From Phoronis australis (lineage: Eukaryota; Animalia; Phoronida), in the NCBI GenBank assembly GCA_002633005.1, contig NMRA01000091.1, positions 682,565-746,564 of the forward strand: 64,000 bases of DNA. The letters run 5' to 3'. A model generated the notes under the pieces. It made no database searches, was not told the DNA's origin, and was given only the letters and a program-made list of their open reading frames with translations. Positions 50,301-62,345 of this stretch are shown piece by piece (the stretch's first letter is position 1; the number at the start of each line of letters is the position of its first letter). The translations under genes and the position numbers were made by a program.

Positions 50301-53300
50301 GTGACGGAAGTGAACTACTTTACGCACATGTTCTGTTACTCCCTCCATTTTCGCAACCACCAGGTGGCAAGATCATCTCGTCCACGAATCGCTCATCTTA
50401 ACTGTCGAACAGCGTGTGAAAATTTAAAATTCGAGAGTCCATTAAAAATAGTTCCACGAAGAGAAAACGTACTATTATAGGGAAGCGCAGCTATCAGCGT
50501 AAATGATCACGTGTCATGGCTTTGGGTTCCCGATATTAAAATATAATCCCATGTTTATTTCGTCTACAAATAGCGCATGTGGTTAACAAGTGAAAGTAAT
50601 CTGGCCGGATATTGCACGATAGTGTTGGCTTGAGGTAATAGGCCTACACGCTTGTGTTCGACCACTAAGTGAGGCTCAGGCGCATCCGCTAGGGAGGAAC
50701 GATAGTGTCGCTGCATGACTACATTGAGCTAGTCCACGGACAACACTTCCTTCCTACACTAACAGTACATCTTATCCAGTGCTTTTGATCGACGTCAACA
50801 ACTTTGACAAACGCCAGAGAGAAATATGGCTGCCTGCCTTAGTGTGATAACGACAAAAGACTTTGAAGTGCCTCTTCCTTTGCATAAATCGATTGCAAGT
50901 CTTAACCACGTCACAGAGTGTCCCGTGAGAGAAAGTGTAAACAAAACGAAAACTTTTAAAAGATATTAAAACACATTGACCTAATGATGAATGAACCAGG
51001 TGTTTCCAGTTCCATTACGAAAATTACCAAGTGTATTAATAGTTATTATCATTACAGTGTTTAAACAATATTCACGAGTAGCACCTTTCTTCAAAACAAT
51101 GTAATTACTGAGTAACAGCAACTCAAATGTGCCCAAGATTTTGGTATTAACTGCTTCAGTCACCTTTCCACAAATTCCCATTAAAGACAATGGCGCACGA
51201 CGCTCAGATTTCGAACACCAAGCTCAAAACGTCAAAAGAAAAGTGACTTATTAGACATAAAAACGTGACGCGCGTGTGTTTAGGGTATGATTTCACTTTT
51301 TAGTTTGCCCAAAAGATGGGCTTCCAAACCAATTTTAGGGTGTATAAACGTAACTTAAGAAACTCCGTCGGCGGGCTGGAAATCTGAGTAAATACTGGGA
51401 TATATAACATCTCTTTAAAATTCATTACACGGAACTTGGCCTGGAAAATTTCAGATGCAGTTTCGTCTACTTGGGATAGTGAGAATGAGGAATAAGTTTC
51501 GGGAAAGTTCTCTTCATTATGCAAAATCATTATTTGAAGGTATACTATTATTTGAAAGAGTGCGGTTCCGGGGTGCCTGATACACTGCCTTGGGCGCTTT
51601 TTCAAAATCCCTAATTGAAATACACGAGTACCAGAGTTTCTAGTGTCTATCCCCTCTCTAGGAGCAAATGATAAAACTGAGAGATTTTCACCAACCTAAG
51701 TCAAAATTCAACGAAATACCAATTTCGTCGACGGTCATTTCATATTGGCCAAATTATTTAGTGCAATCTACTATTTGGGATCGGACAATAATTTTTTCCG
51801 AATTTCAACATACACTATTTCACTGAAGCATTATCATTTTTACAAGTTAGCTCTTACAAGATGGGCCAAAAACTGTCTATGAAGTAGTCAATTTTGGTCG
51901 ACGTAAAGACGAGTAAAACAGAAACCAATGAATCTTCGCAGGTTACCAGACTGAAGAAAAATAACTTTGATTTGATATGCTAGTCTGTCACATCACAACA
52001 CAATGTAAACAACAGACGGAGGCACTGGGCACCTCTTCAGTTGACTGCAGGTTGTTACTTAGCTGCAACACTTTTTCAAATCCATGAGTGGATTTTAGGC
52101 GATTCCCGAAGGCATGCGTGCATGTAATTGAGAGGCAACCGAATGAACAAGGGTTATGGGGCATCCTATGGGAGGTTTGATCCCACAAAAGTTTCAAAAT
52201 TTATTCGTGTGAATTCTGGTTCATTCCATTTGTAGCTAGTTACAATTTACTAATTAAACTTTCACTCTGACATCGCAGAAAACTTCGTTTCCGATTGGCA
52301 GAATATGTGCTTTGAGCACCTTAATGCATAAAACATGTACAAGTTCATCAAAAACCCCCGACAATGATCGACACGCGTGAGCATCCTTCACGCAACTACC
52401 TCTTCATTCAGTGTCTTTCGAATAACGATTTGGAAACGAACTACTGTTCATGGAATTGATTGAAAAAAGTATCGATATTTCTATTGTTTTAGAAGCACTG
52501 GGAATATAGTATTTATGTAATTCACATATAGTTGTCTTCAAGTTCTTCAGACTTTAATCTCCAGACGGCGGTCAATGCTATTGCTTGTGTGTTCTTTTAA
52601 TACTACAGTCTAATTTTTGCTTTTTATTTAGCAGCGTGCGTTGATGCTTCTGATCTTCACAAGAGCAAGTTCAGTGGTATTCTCGACCTTTTTGAAATTT
52701 AATCTACAATCTTCACTTCGTGAATAATTGACAGTGCCTGATTTTAGGGGGGCCAAAGGGGCAATTGTCACGGTCAGCCCCTCCAACAGAGAACCCAGTC
52801 TGAAAGCTAACCCCGACTGAAAGGGGACCCCGTCTGAAGGGGGGCTCCTTAATATGAAATTATTTTGAATGGAGGCGCATGTGTCTTATACGCGCAAAAA
52901 TTGTAACCATGCATAAATGTGGTAACTAATTGAACAATAAGTTCGGTTTGCAGTTGGTGATAAATTGTCTCTGCCTTATTGACATCACAAAACAAACACA
53001 GCTCCGCAATGTTGTACTAAAGCTGCTAATAAATATCCAATTTCTGTCGTGTGCTGGATAATTCCTCAGTGATAAATGAGGTTGAAATTCGTCCGTTTAA
53101 TTCTTGGAATTCTTCTGCTCGTAAACACGACTCGGCGATCTCTTGATGGTTGTTGCACTTTGGATGATTTTCTCACGTGCTTTGTCAGCAGTTGTTGAGT
53201 TCTTGTAGGTTCTATTTGCTTATAGTGAAGATGTACCATTATTGCTCAGTGGAGACAGGACATTGTGTAGGTTGTGTTTTTGTGCCAGACAGTGATGGCC

Positions 53301-55637
53301 ATTTTTTATATTTTTCTTTGTGTCAAATGCTCAGCTTTTGTAATTGCCAGTCACGTCAAAACATGACGATCCCATTGGGTTGGTCAACACACTGACTGGT
53401 TCTTTTAAGAACATCTACAGCATCACTGTCGCGTTAGCGTGCTAGAAATGACTCGTCACGTGTCAGCAAAGACACGTCACAAGGTGACGCTAGTGGCGTT
53501 CAATAAACAGGTGGCGATGCGAGTAAAACGATGTGATTCTGCAGATCTTTATCAAGACCGTCACTCTTAATCTTTCTCTGGATCTCTTTTGCATTTTAGA
53601 CAAAAAAGGAAACTTTTGAAGACCATGGTCAAGCATTTAAAAATAAGTCATAAAGTCAGAAACTGTGATTCAGTTTGTGGTATTTTTAATAAATATTTTA
53701 TAGTTTATTCATAGTTTTCAAGTTATTCCTCGCAATGCAATGCCTTTCGCTGAAACCGGTAAACACTGCTAAGGGCAAAGAACACAGTTTCAGTGACTGA
53801 TTTTGACGTTATCATTAGCCTGGGATAATAGAAATCCTAGTGTGAACCGTCTATCAAGACACATGAATAGGCATAACTTACAGAAATCACACTATATGGT
53901 GAAGAAATTTAACAAAGCCTTATCTTTTTGCCTTGTTATGTTCACCGAAAAATTGCCATTTCGACCTTATTGTACTAAAGTCCGAAGACTGCCACGGTGC
54001 AAGAGAGGAGAAAATAATTCATTCAAGTGCTCGTGCACTCTAGATTCCAGAAATTGAAATTAATATAGACCATTGCCAACCTGATTTTCGCCACTTGTCT
54101 GAGGGGGACCTGTATTGGTGCTAAATATTCCCCACTGAACAACGATGTGCTTAGAAAATGTCAGAATTTCTATACCCAGGAAGAGAAGAGAAGAGGCCAA
54201 AATTCAGGACTCCATTTGCTTCAAGGAACTACTGAATACTATTCATGGCAATCACTTTCCATTTACTCATAAAATATAAGTCAAAACGGGCCCACTCAAT
54301 TTCTTCATTTTGTGGGAGCGACAAAGGACCGAACCGAGGCCTTAGACCTTATTGGCCTACCAGAAAAGTCGTCGATCCAGATGGGGGTGCAACTTCCAGA
54401 GGAGTGACAGGAGTGTGACACTCTCATTCCCCAGATTTAGTAAGGAAAAGAAAGAAAATTTTCCAAAGACAGAAAACATTAAGCAGACTGAGACGGAGGT
54501 TCATTCAGTATAACCATTCCAAGTCTTCATAATTTAACAATGGTAACGTTATTTGCCTTATTCGTGAACATGAATAATACCAGTTTATGGCCACAGACTC
54601 AATAGCATGCAATCAAGTTAGTAGTCAATGTTTCCCTTTTAATATAAAAGCACCATGAAGAAAAAGACACCCCAATGAATTTCGCTACAATTATCCGATT
54701 GTGTGGTCTTTCTTCTTCACATTGCGATATTCACGAAGTGTTGTAGGTAAGACTGAAAGAGATAGTTTAACAGTCCTACTGAAGAAGATGGGCCACGCAC
54801 AAGTGCACGGCCAATAACGTGTAATCGTGTCAGTTTAATGCCTACAATGCTCACGAGCTTTCCCCCTTGATTAGCCTCAGAAATATCATGTATATACTGG
54901 TTGTCTGAGATAGGACATGTAGATTATCGCGGAGTTTCTGCAGTTTATCATGAACAAACTTTTTAAGGCAATGGCTGCCAGGGCTAACGTACACACGAGA
55001 AAATTAACGTCACGCAACACTATGCAAAAACATGCAATATTACTGGAGTGTCTCTCGCTAGTCAACTCAGGACGTCACTCGCTACTGAAGTTAAAAAGGT
55101 TGCGTTTTTTAGGCTGGAATGTTGAATTACGTAAGTAAAATTTATATCCATTCCACAAAACTTCTCGGCACAATGGTCCAGGGTGTACCGAACGCGTCAT
55201 GTGATAACTTATTTTTGGTCGAAGACATATAGTGTATATGGTTACGGCAGTTGTAAAAAAGAGGAGCATTTCGACGTCCTCTACGGGATATGAGCTCTCC
55301 GAAACACTCCGGACATACTAAGAACTAACCAAATGTTTAAACAAGTAATAAAATCCTTGACGCAATTTTCAACAAAAAATTGAGTTATTTACAGGTTTTC
55401 ATACCGAACAATTATTATCTTCGAGGGAGTTACCTGCATACTAAGAGTTGACATTATCGTAACAACTGGCGTCCTATGTCACTGTCGCTTGGTTGATTAA
55501 GTTGACTTCAGCAGTATTTCGGGGAAGCGAACGTTTTGTGAAACCAGATCCATGAAGACCAGACGGGGAAAGTACAGTCAAACATAGAACATACCCACTG
55601 ATGTTTCTATGTCTTCAGCCGCCGGTCAGTTCTTGTT

Positions 55638-55806
55638 ATAGACAGTGACCACCGTCTCTAGCTGGCCCGAGTCCGAGACGGTGAAGCTCCTATTGAATCC
55701 ATTTTTACACTGCGTGAACTCCTAGTGTGAGGCATAATCCGCCGAAAAGCTTCCAGCGCATGAAGCCCTACAGGGGCCAGCTAGAAACTGTGGTGTCAAT
55801 GTCTAT
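55638..55806. mobile_element. Small MITE with ATAGAC...GTCTAT termini
   Basis: ATAGACAGTGACCACCGTCTCTAGCTGGCCC versus reverse complement of the right end, ATAGACATTGACACCACAGTTTCTAGCTGGCCC. Confidence 0.75.
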
Positions 55807-55849
55807 TCAATCAAGCTACATAGACCGTCATTTTACGCACTCATCCGAG

Positions 55850-55950
55850 GCACAGATACGCAAGCCCTATGTTTAGCAAGCCAACCTGCTCGTCTTGACA
55901 AGGCTGGGAATCGAACCCGAGTCGCGAGAGTAGCAGGTACATACATAGGC
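55850..55950 (-). mobile_element. Possible tRNA-derived SINE head remnant
   Basis: B-box GGGTTCGATTCCC on the minus strand (55918-55906). No A box was recognisable. Confidence 0.4.
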
Positions 55951-56149
55951 CTACAAACTGATTTAACTGATTGCGATCGAATCTGTCCAGCTTGATGTCA
56001 CCAAACTAATGAATGGCTCTCAAAAGAAAGTATGATATCGTCATGCGTGTCCAGTGAAGAATACCCACATGTATTTGTTGACGTGTTCGGATTGTTTTGA
56101 CATATAATTTATTAGAAGTCGACATGCGCTGGCGAGTGGCTTCGAATAG

Positions 56150-56545
56150 GCCCGTCCCGGATTACTCGGCGAAAGAACTCTCCTTTGTCCCGAGATAAGA
56201 ATGCGCGTGGCCTGGTTTGGAAATCAGACACATTTTCGTGTCTCTCATTGATGTTGGGAAGGCAAGAATTTCAGATCATTCATCCACGGGCACTTGACGA
56301 GTTTGTCAAACTGTCTCACGTCGGAGTTGCAGTCCACGACACAGCAGTAATGCTTGGTTGGCATTGAAAGGACGAATAGAGTAATGCAACCGACAAAAAC
56401 TTGCAAAGAGTCAGACAACAATAAATAACATTTGAAACTCCAGAGTCACGAGAACGAGGTGGCAAATATGCCTGATTGGTTTTACGGCATTGTGTGTAAA
56501 TACAGCGAGATTCGAGTGTCGGTGTGTAATACGGGATGGTCCTAT
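56150..56545 (-). repeat. Copy B of the old dispersed repeat at 18215-18610
   Basis: GTAAATACAGCGAGATTCGAGTGTCG and TTTTCGTGTCTCTCATTGATGT are reverse complements of blocks in copy A. Confidence 0.8.
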
Positions 56546-56878
56546 TAACTGACAAGTTCTTTCCTCACCAGCTGCTCGTGTGTCTGACAGGCAACGACAA
56601 ATATTGACGATTTGCAATACAATCATATAAACACAAAAAATAAACACCACGGATTTTATTGTTTTATAGCTCTGGTGAAAGATAATAACTTCAAGAAGCC
56701 ACTTCTGGCACCGGGCGCAAGCTGGCAAGTAGCGTAGCTAGTCCGGCGACATGAGGAGTAAAAAAGGCCAAAGACCAACCTTCGGTGCGAGTACCGCCGA
56801 GACAACTCAGGTTCTACGACCATCACTCAATCCCCGGCTCGGGCCCAGGCCCAGAACAAGTCTCAAAACCTGAACAAT

Positions 56879-59413
56879 GGGGCTATTCGGAAAATTTACA
56901 TTAACTAGAGGGCGCGCGTGTACTAGTGGTGATAGATTAACAGCCTCGATTTCGCGAGCCCTTTAAATACATGGTGAAATGGCTTGTAGGTGTGCAAACT
57001 GAATCTGAAATTGCGTGAAAAGGGTCCTTCTATGAGAGAAAGTAAGCACGACCTTATACAAAGGTAAGGTTTGTGATTATTTTAACGATTATTCCATGTT
57101 TATTCTACAGATGCCTGTTAACTGAGATACTCGCCGATGTCGACTTCGCGACAGTCGCCAGTCCGCGGGTTAATCTTTGTTGTGATGCGTGTTACGATAC
57201 TTGACGTAGCACTCGAGATCTTTTCGTACATCAAAGCCGTATTATTGTTTGGAATGATTTCTAACAGGTTTATCAGTGACAGTTACATCAATGAATGCTG
57301 AATGTTTAACTCGATATGGGTTAGTGAGATTACAAACCAAGCCCAACTTATGCCATGGCAAAGGGTACGTACATGTAAATATCCATTAGACTATTTGTTT
57401 ACTCCCTATCCTATGTCTTCCGGAAATTTGCTACACGTTCAAATGAAATTCTATAATGTCTGTTTTCACGTGACCTTTGGTTTTTAGGTTTGAGGGCTTG
57501 TACCGTGCAGAGGAGATATGCATCGCTTCTGCATTGACCCTGAATGGACAAGAATTGGTTTTAAGCAGTTGACTGCAGCTAACCAGCAAGATCTTCCCAT
57601 CCAGTGTACATCTGTTGTTGAAGCCTACTTTCTTCATCGGAGACAACGAACAAGCTTTGTTACTCCTTTCTCTTCCTACAGCATTTCCACACACCATTAG
57701 TGCTGCATGGTGCAATGTACATGTCAGTGACCCTGGTGAAATGTGAATCTCAGCACGAAGTTACCATAAGACAACGTGTTGTTTGTGTATGAAGAGGAAC
57801 TATCCTTTCTCACTGATTGACATTAACATTTTCTTTCAGTAAAAAGGCTATATACTAATGGTAAAAACTTTTCAATTTGGTACACATTATGGGGAAATGA
57901 CATTCAGTGACTACATCGATTGTCTTATTGTCAGTAGAAAGCCCGTTAATGTTACACTTTGATGATCAAATAAATTTTTCATCAACAGGCAAGTTTGTCA
58001 CTAATTATTGAAACCACAATATTTCCTCAGTTTTAAAGCCCCATAAATTGCAGTTGTGCTTATTCTTCATAAAGCTGAAATGACTAGCGATTACGCTTGC
58101 GAATTGTCGTTTTCCTATTGACCTCTAGAAATGTGCAGCGATCAAAATGAAGTATTCCCTTTGTTTGCATTTGATTTGTGTGTAACTATTTTTAGAGCTT
58201 TGTTAAGAAGGTCTTTGAACAATTTTAAGTTTTGTGATAACTTGTCCACAACAAAAATTCCACATGCAAGAAAAGTATATAAAGAAACAACATTGTTAAA
58301 AACAATTGTAATTTTCCCACGCAGTGGAGTCCATAATCAGGCATATCAAAGGCTGAATTTCTGAATTAGGTTCAATTCTGTCAGGTTATTGCTGAAGGAT
58401 TACTTTTCACTTTGTCCAAAGGTAAAATAGATGGTCAGGCGGCTGGTTTCAGTCGTTTTCTCTCACCTGTAACAGAATAGTCAGAGAAATATTAGCAAAT
58501 TATAAAAGAAAACACAAGACAAAACTATTTTAGTAAGGCAGAACATACTTGACGTTTCATCTTCATGTCTATATGTAGAAACTAAATCTTTGTACCCAAG
58601 TCTTATTTAAGATCTGAATTAAACTATGTGAAACAGGCTAAAAGTAATTTAATAATGTGTGTTTTTCACGACACTTAAAATGAGCATCTGACCTCAACAA
58701 GTAAAATTTATTCTAGGTGTCAATTTTTATTCCAATGCTTTACTGAATAGCTTATTCATGTTAATTCGGTAACTAATCTGGTAGTCCTGAGGGTGGGGTC
58801 CGCTATGAAATAAGGAAACTCACTCGTCCAGAGAATTTTATTGGACATAGCATAGCTTTGAAGAGAAACTGCTGTGAAAAAGGCACCCCTGACTTCTGAG
58901 CGTCACGTACCACACACTTCCGTCGGGCGCATTCCCACCCTTGGAGGACAATATGTGAGTATGTGCTGCTAGCCTACCCGGCATCCAAGTCCTGGATGAG
59001 TTTCCGAAAAGAAACACTTAGTTCCATTCAATAAACCCGTTATTCAGTGGGGTAACTGGTGGGCTGACATCACCGAACGATGTCGATAGAAACTTGATTG
59101 CTAAAAACTTACCAAGTAACCTTATGTGGTCTCCCAAAGGGGCTTCGGCATCCACACACTTTTTCTCAGTTGGTTGACCCTTTTGACCACAATGCTCCAC
59201 GAATGCAGTAACCTTAGGTATTTTGGTAATTTGTGACCATCTGTCGAAGACTTGCACCAGGGAAAATAGCAATAATAAGGCTTTGGGCGACGACGTATTT
59301 TGATAACAATCCGTCTTTTTACCAACTGTTTACATGCAGACAGCGACGCATGCGCAATTCAATCACCACTAGTACAGCAGCGACACCGCGAGGATAATTC
59401 TCCGAATAGCCCC
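56879..59413. mobile_element. Decayed, internally deleted ISL2EU-like DNA transposon with convergent intron-containing SAP-domain (+) and THAP-domain (-) pseudogenes
   Basis: TIRs GGGGCTATTCGGA.AATT....GTACTAGTGGTGAT at both ends, each flanked by AT. Plus strand: LKLREKGPSMRESKHDLIQR|gtaagg (SAP-like, about 57005-57062). Minus strand: RPKPYYCYFPWCKS (THAP CxxxC, about 59290-59250) and an exon from 58466 reading GERKRLKPAA*PSIL (degenerate AVPTIF box). Confidence 0.75.
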
Positions 59414-60342
59414 ATTCGTCTAGTCCAAAGTACAATACACGGCGACGATATAACTTTATTACACCAGAACAGTGTCTGTGCAATTTACCGAACACATAAT
59501 AGCAGGTTCTCCGCGGCTGTGAAATTTGCCGCCTTCGAATCTCCATCTTACCGGTCTTCACTGTACCTTCAAATTTTTAGAAAATCATGAAATAAAACGG
59601 CACAAGTTCGAAAAAGGGAATGTACGTGTATCCATAAGGTTTTCCATTATTGCTTGATATTTTATTGCTGCCGAAGGGTGAACTACATGACACACACCAG
59701 TGAGACGTTGACGCAACATGCTAATTTTATCACCTTCGCCTGTCGTCCAGCGTCAGGTAAAACAGAAAGTGCTAAGTTCGAACGGAACTAGTTGACCTGA
59801 ATTGATGTAAAATAATTGTTTTGTGGTTTTATGCATAGCCCGTATTCATCTACAGCGTGAAGCTGTATTTCGACTAGTACAGATGATTAAAAAGCAGAAA
59901 TAGTTTTAGGCCCTTTATTCCTATAAACCCTGTCTCAAACAATTCTTTGCCGTGATGGGATTTGACAGGTAAAGAAACGCATCGGAAAATCGGCGATATC
60001 GTTGCGGTTAGCCAACCTAGAAATTCGGAAATGGCGCGAAGGAATTGTACTCAAAAGTAGGTCATGTGATTTAAAAATGACCCTTTCCTGTGAGTGTATC
60101 GCAAAACACCTGATGCCTGGTGGTTTGACTCTTCGGTTATGAACTGGAAATGCACGGTTTTAAGTAACAGCTTTACAAAGAGACATGAAGCTTTAAATTA
60201 TGCAAGCTAATGAATTGGCTCGAATTGCCGTAATGTTCTATATAGAAAAGGCATGACGTAAAAATTATTATCTCTAGTTATTGAATTATTCACCTAAATG
60301 ACATTAGAAAGGGTGAAAGTATCTGTACCCCGGTAGACTCAC

Positions 60343-60738
60343 CAGGTATCAATGAATTTATTTCGAACTTTTGGTGAAAAGGGAAGTAATAAAAATAGCG
60401 AAGAGGCTTTCGGGTTGCAGTAGCTTTTTTCCGAGTTTCCCTTAGTGGTTATTGTAGCGTCCGGCAATTTGAAATTTGTGTCTAAAACCATGGCCAAAAT
60501 CGAGATAGGGCAGGTGGAAAACAAGTATAGGTTTCGCTCTTGTGCCAGTCGTCGACGTTTGATAGGAATATTATCGAATAAAACTTAACAAACGACTGAA
60601 AGCCTGGTCTTTTAGAATTATAAAAGTGTTCGCTAAACGAGCAGCTATTGATACAACAACACAAACCATAATGAACTAATTTAGCGTACTGGCATCAACT
60701 CGATGTTCAACTTGTGGGCTGACTTATTTAACATCGAT
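60343..60738 (-). other. Candidate non-coding 5' UTR exon of the GPCR gene
   Basis: Strong acceptor ttatttgtttttcAG (60740-60739) and strong donor CTG|GTGAGT (60342-60337). All three frames stop early. It is on the same strand and upstream of the acceptor of the first coding exon. Confidence 0.55.
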
Positions 60739-61309
60739 CTGAAAAACAAATAATTCGAATGTTGCGCATATGCTTTTTCACCTGCAAACGATTGCTAGCA
60801 TAAATACGACACGTGTGGGCAGGAGAGAAATATGGGCGGTGCATTGTTCAGTAGACACGAAAGCGTATCAGTTTATGGAAGACAAGGTTTTCTCGGGCTT
60901 GACTGTAAGCCGACAAGTCCTGTGTTTACAAGGATGGCAAAACAAAAGTTGGCTGACATTCAGTACAAGATAAAGTTTCAAAATTACCCAAGAAATTTTT
61001 CCTTCTCTCGTCAGTGAGCTAATTAGTGTAATTTTGCGCCAATACGTAATAACATTCCATGTAGGCTATCAACGAAGGCCAACACTTCCGTTTAGGTTCT
61101 AATGAGCAGCGAATGGTGCATGATAGTCTTATTATGATGTTGAAGCATTTCTGAGAAAAAACGAAGCCTGCTTCAGAGCAAATTTGTTCTAACGAGTTCA
61201 TTCATTTTCGTGAGAGAATGTTACGCGAATACAAGGGCTAATTTGTTCTGTTGATACATGTACAAGGTGGATGCCAGGGGTAGATTCACGAAAATGTGGG
61301 CTTAACTAA

Positions 61310-61825
61310 GTAGCATAGAACGTGAATACCAGATTAAATTGCATTTTTCAAAGTGGTTCTCTGAACTCTGTAGCTGTTCACCAAGTTTTTTAAGGTTTGT
61401 TCGAAAACGTTTTGAATTTCTGTTAATGTCAAAGCATTTTCCTTTAGAATCAAATTTCCAAGAAAAAAAGATTTGTCAACTGCTCGCCATTAGGCGATTT
61501 TTCTACAACACGGCAAATCCATCTCCTTATTTGGCAAGACATAAACGTATCCCGTATTTGGAAAATGTGACCTTTGACGTTTGATGTAAACAAACAATGA
61601 CGATTTCAACCAGCAGACAGTGCGACTTCTTCCAGCGCATGCGCGCATACATGTTATGAGGGCCCAAAAGAAGTTTTAATTCGTCTGTTCTTCACAAATA
61701 GAGAACCTGAAGATTGTTACAAGAAATTCTTGTAACATTCAAAGTAAATAACTCTCATGTTAGCAACCCTAAAAAGCAGATTCGCCACGATTCGTTTAAA
61801 AGGTATTTTCGCGGTCCATGCACCT
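61310..61825. mobile_element. Second, more diverged copy of the Kolobok-type MITE
   Basis: Shares internal blocks with 40050-40482 and ends CGCGGTCCATGCACCT|ttaa. Confidence 0.7.
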
Positions 61826-61872
61826 TTAAAATAACTTCACAAACTTTAGTTCTCATTGTGACTATTACAGAT

Positions 61873-62345
61873 ATCTACGCTGTCACTGCAACGGTTTATT
61901 ACTAATATCTGTGTCATTGCTGCTAAGATTTATTACTAATATCTATGCCATCGCTGCTACGATTTATTTCTAATATCTATGCCATGATTGCTACGATTTA
62001 TTACTACTATCTATGCCATCGCTGCTAAGATTTATTACTAATATCTATGTCATCGTTGCTACGATTTATTACTAATATCTATGCCATAGCTGCTACAGTT
62101 TATTACTAATATCTGTGTCATCACTGCTACGATTCATTATTAATATTTAAGCCATAGCTCCTACGGTTTATTACTACTACCTGTGCCATCGCTGCTACGA
62201 TTTATTACTAATATCTATGTCACCGTTGCCATGGTTTATTACTAACAGCTATGCCATAGTTACTACGGTTTGTTACTACTATGTATGCCATCGCTGTTAC
62301 GATTTATTACCAATATCTATGCCATTGCTGCTACGGTTTATTATC
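61873..62345. repeat. 34-bp minisatellite, 14 copies
   Basis: Consensus ATCTATGCCATCGCTGCTACGATTTATTACTAAT with a constant 34-bp period (61873, 61907, 61941 ... 62281, 62315) and no spacers. Confidence 0.96.

Noticed and set aside
58455-58495. Recursive splice site (ttctgttacAG|GTgag on the minus strand)
   Set aside because: The sequence after the AG reads GERKRLKPAA*PSIL, the THAP C-terminal box, so it is better explained as an ordinary acceptor of the transposon gene.
61873-62345. CRISPR-like array
   Set aside because: Units are contiguous 34-bp repeats with no unique spacers, there are no cas genes, and the context is eukaryotic.
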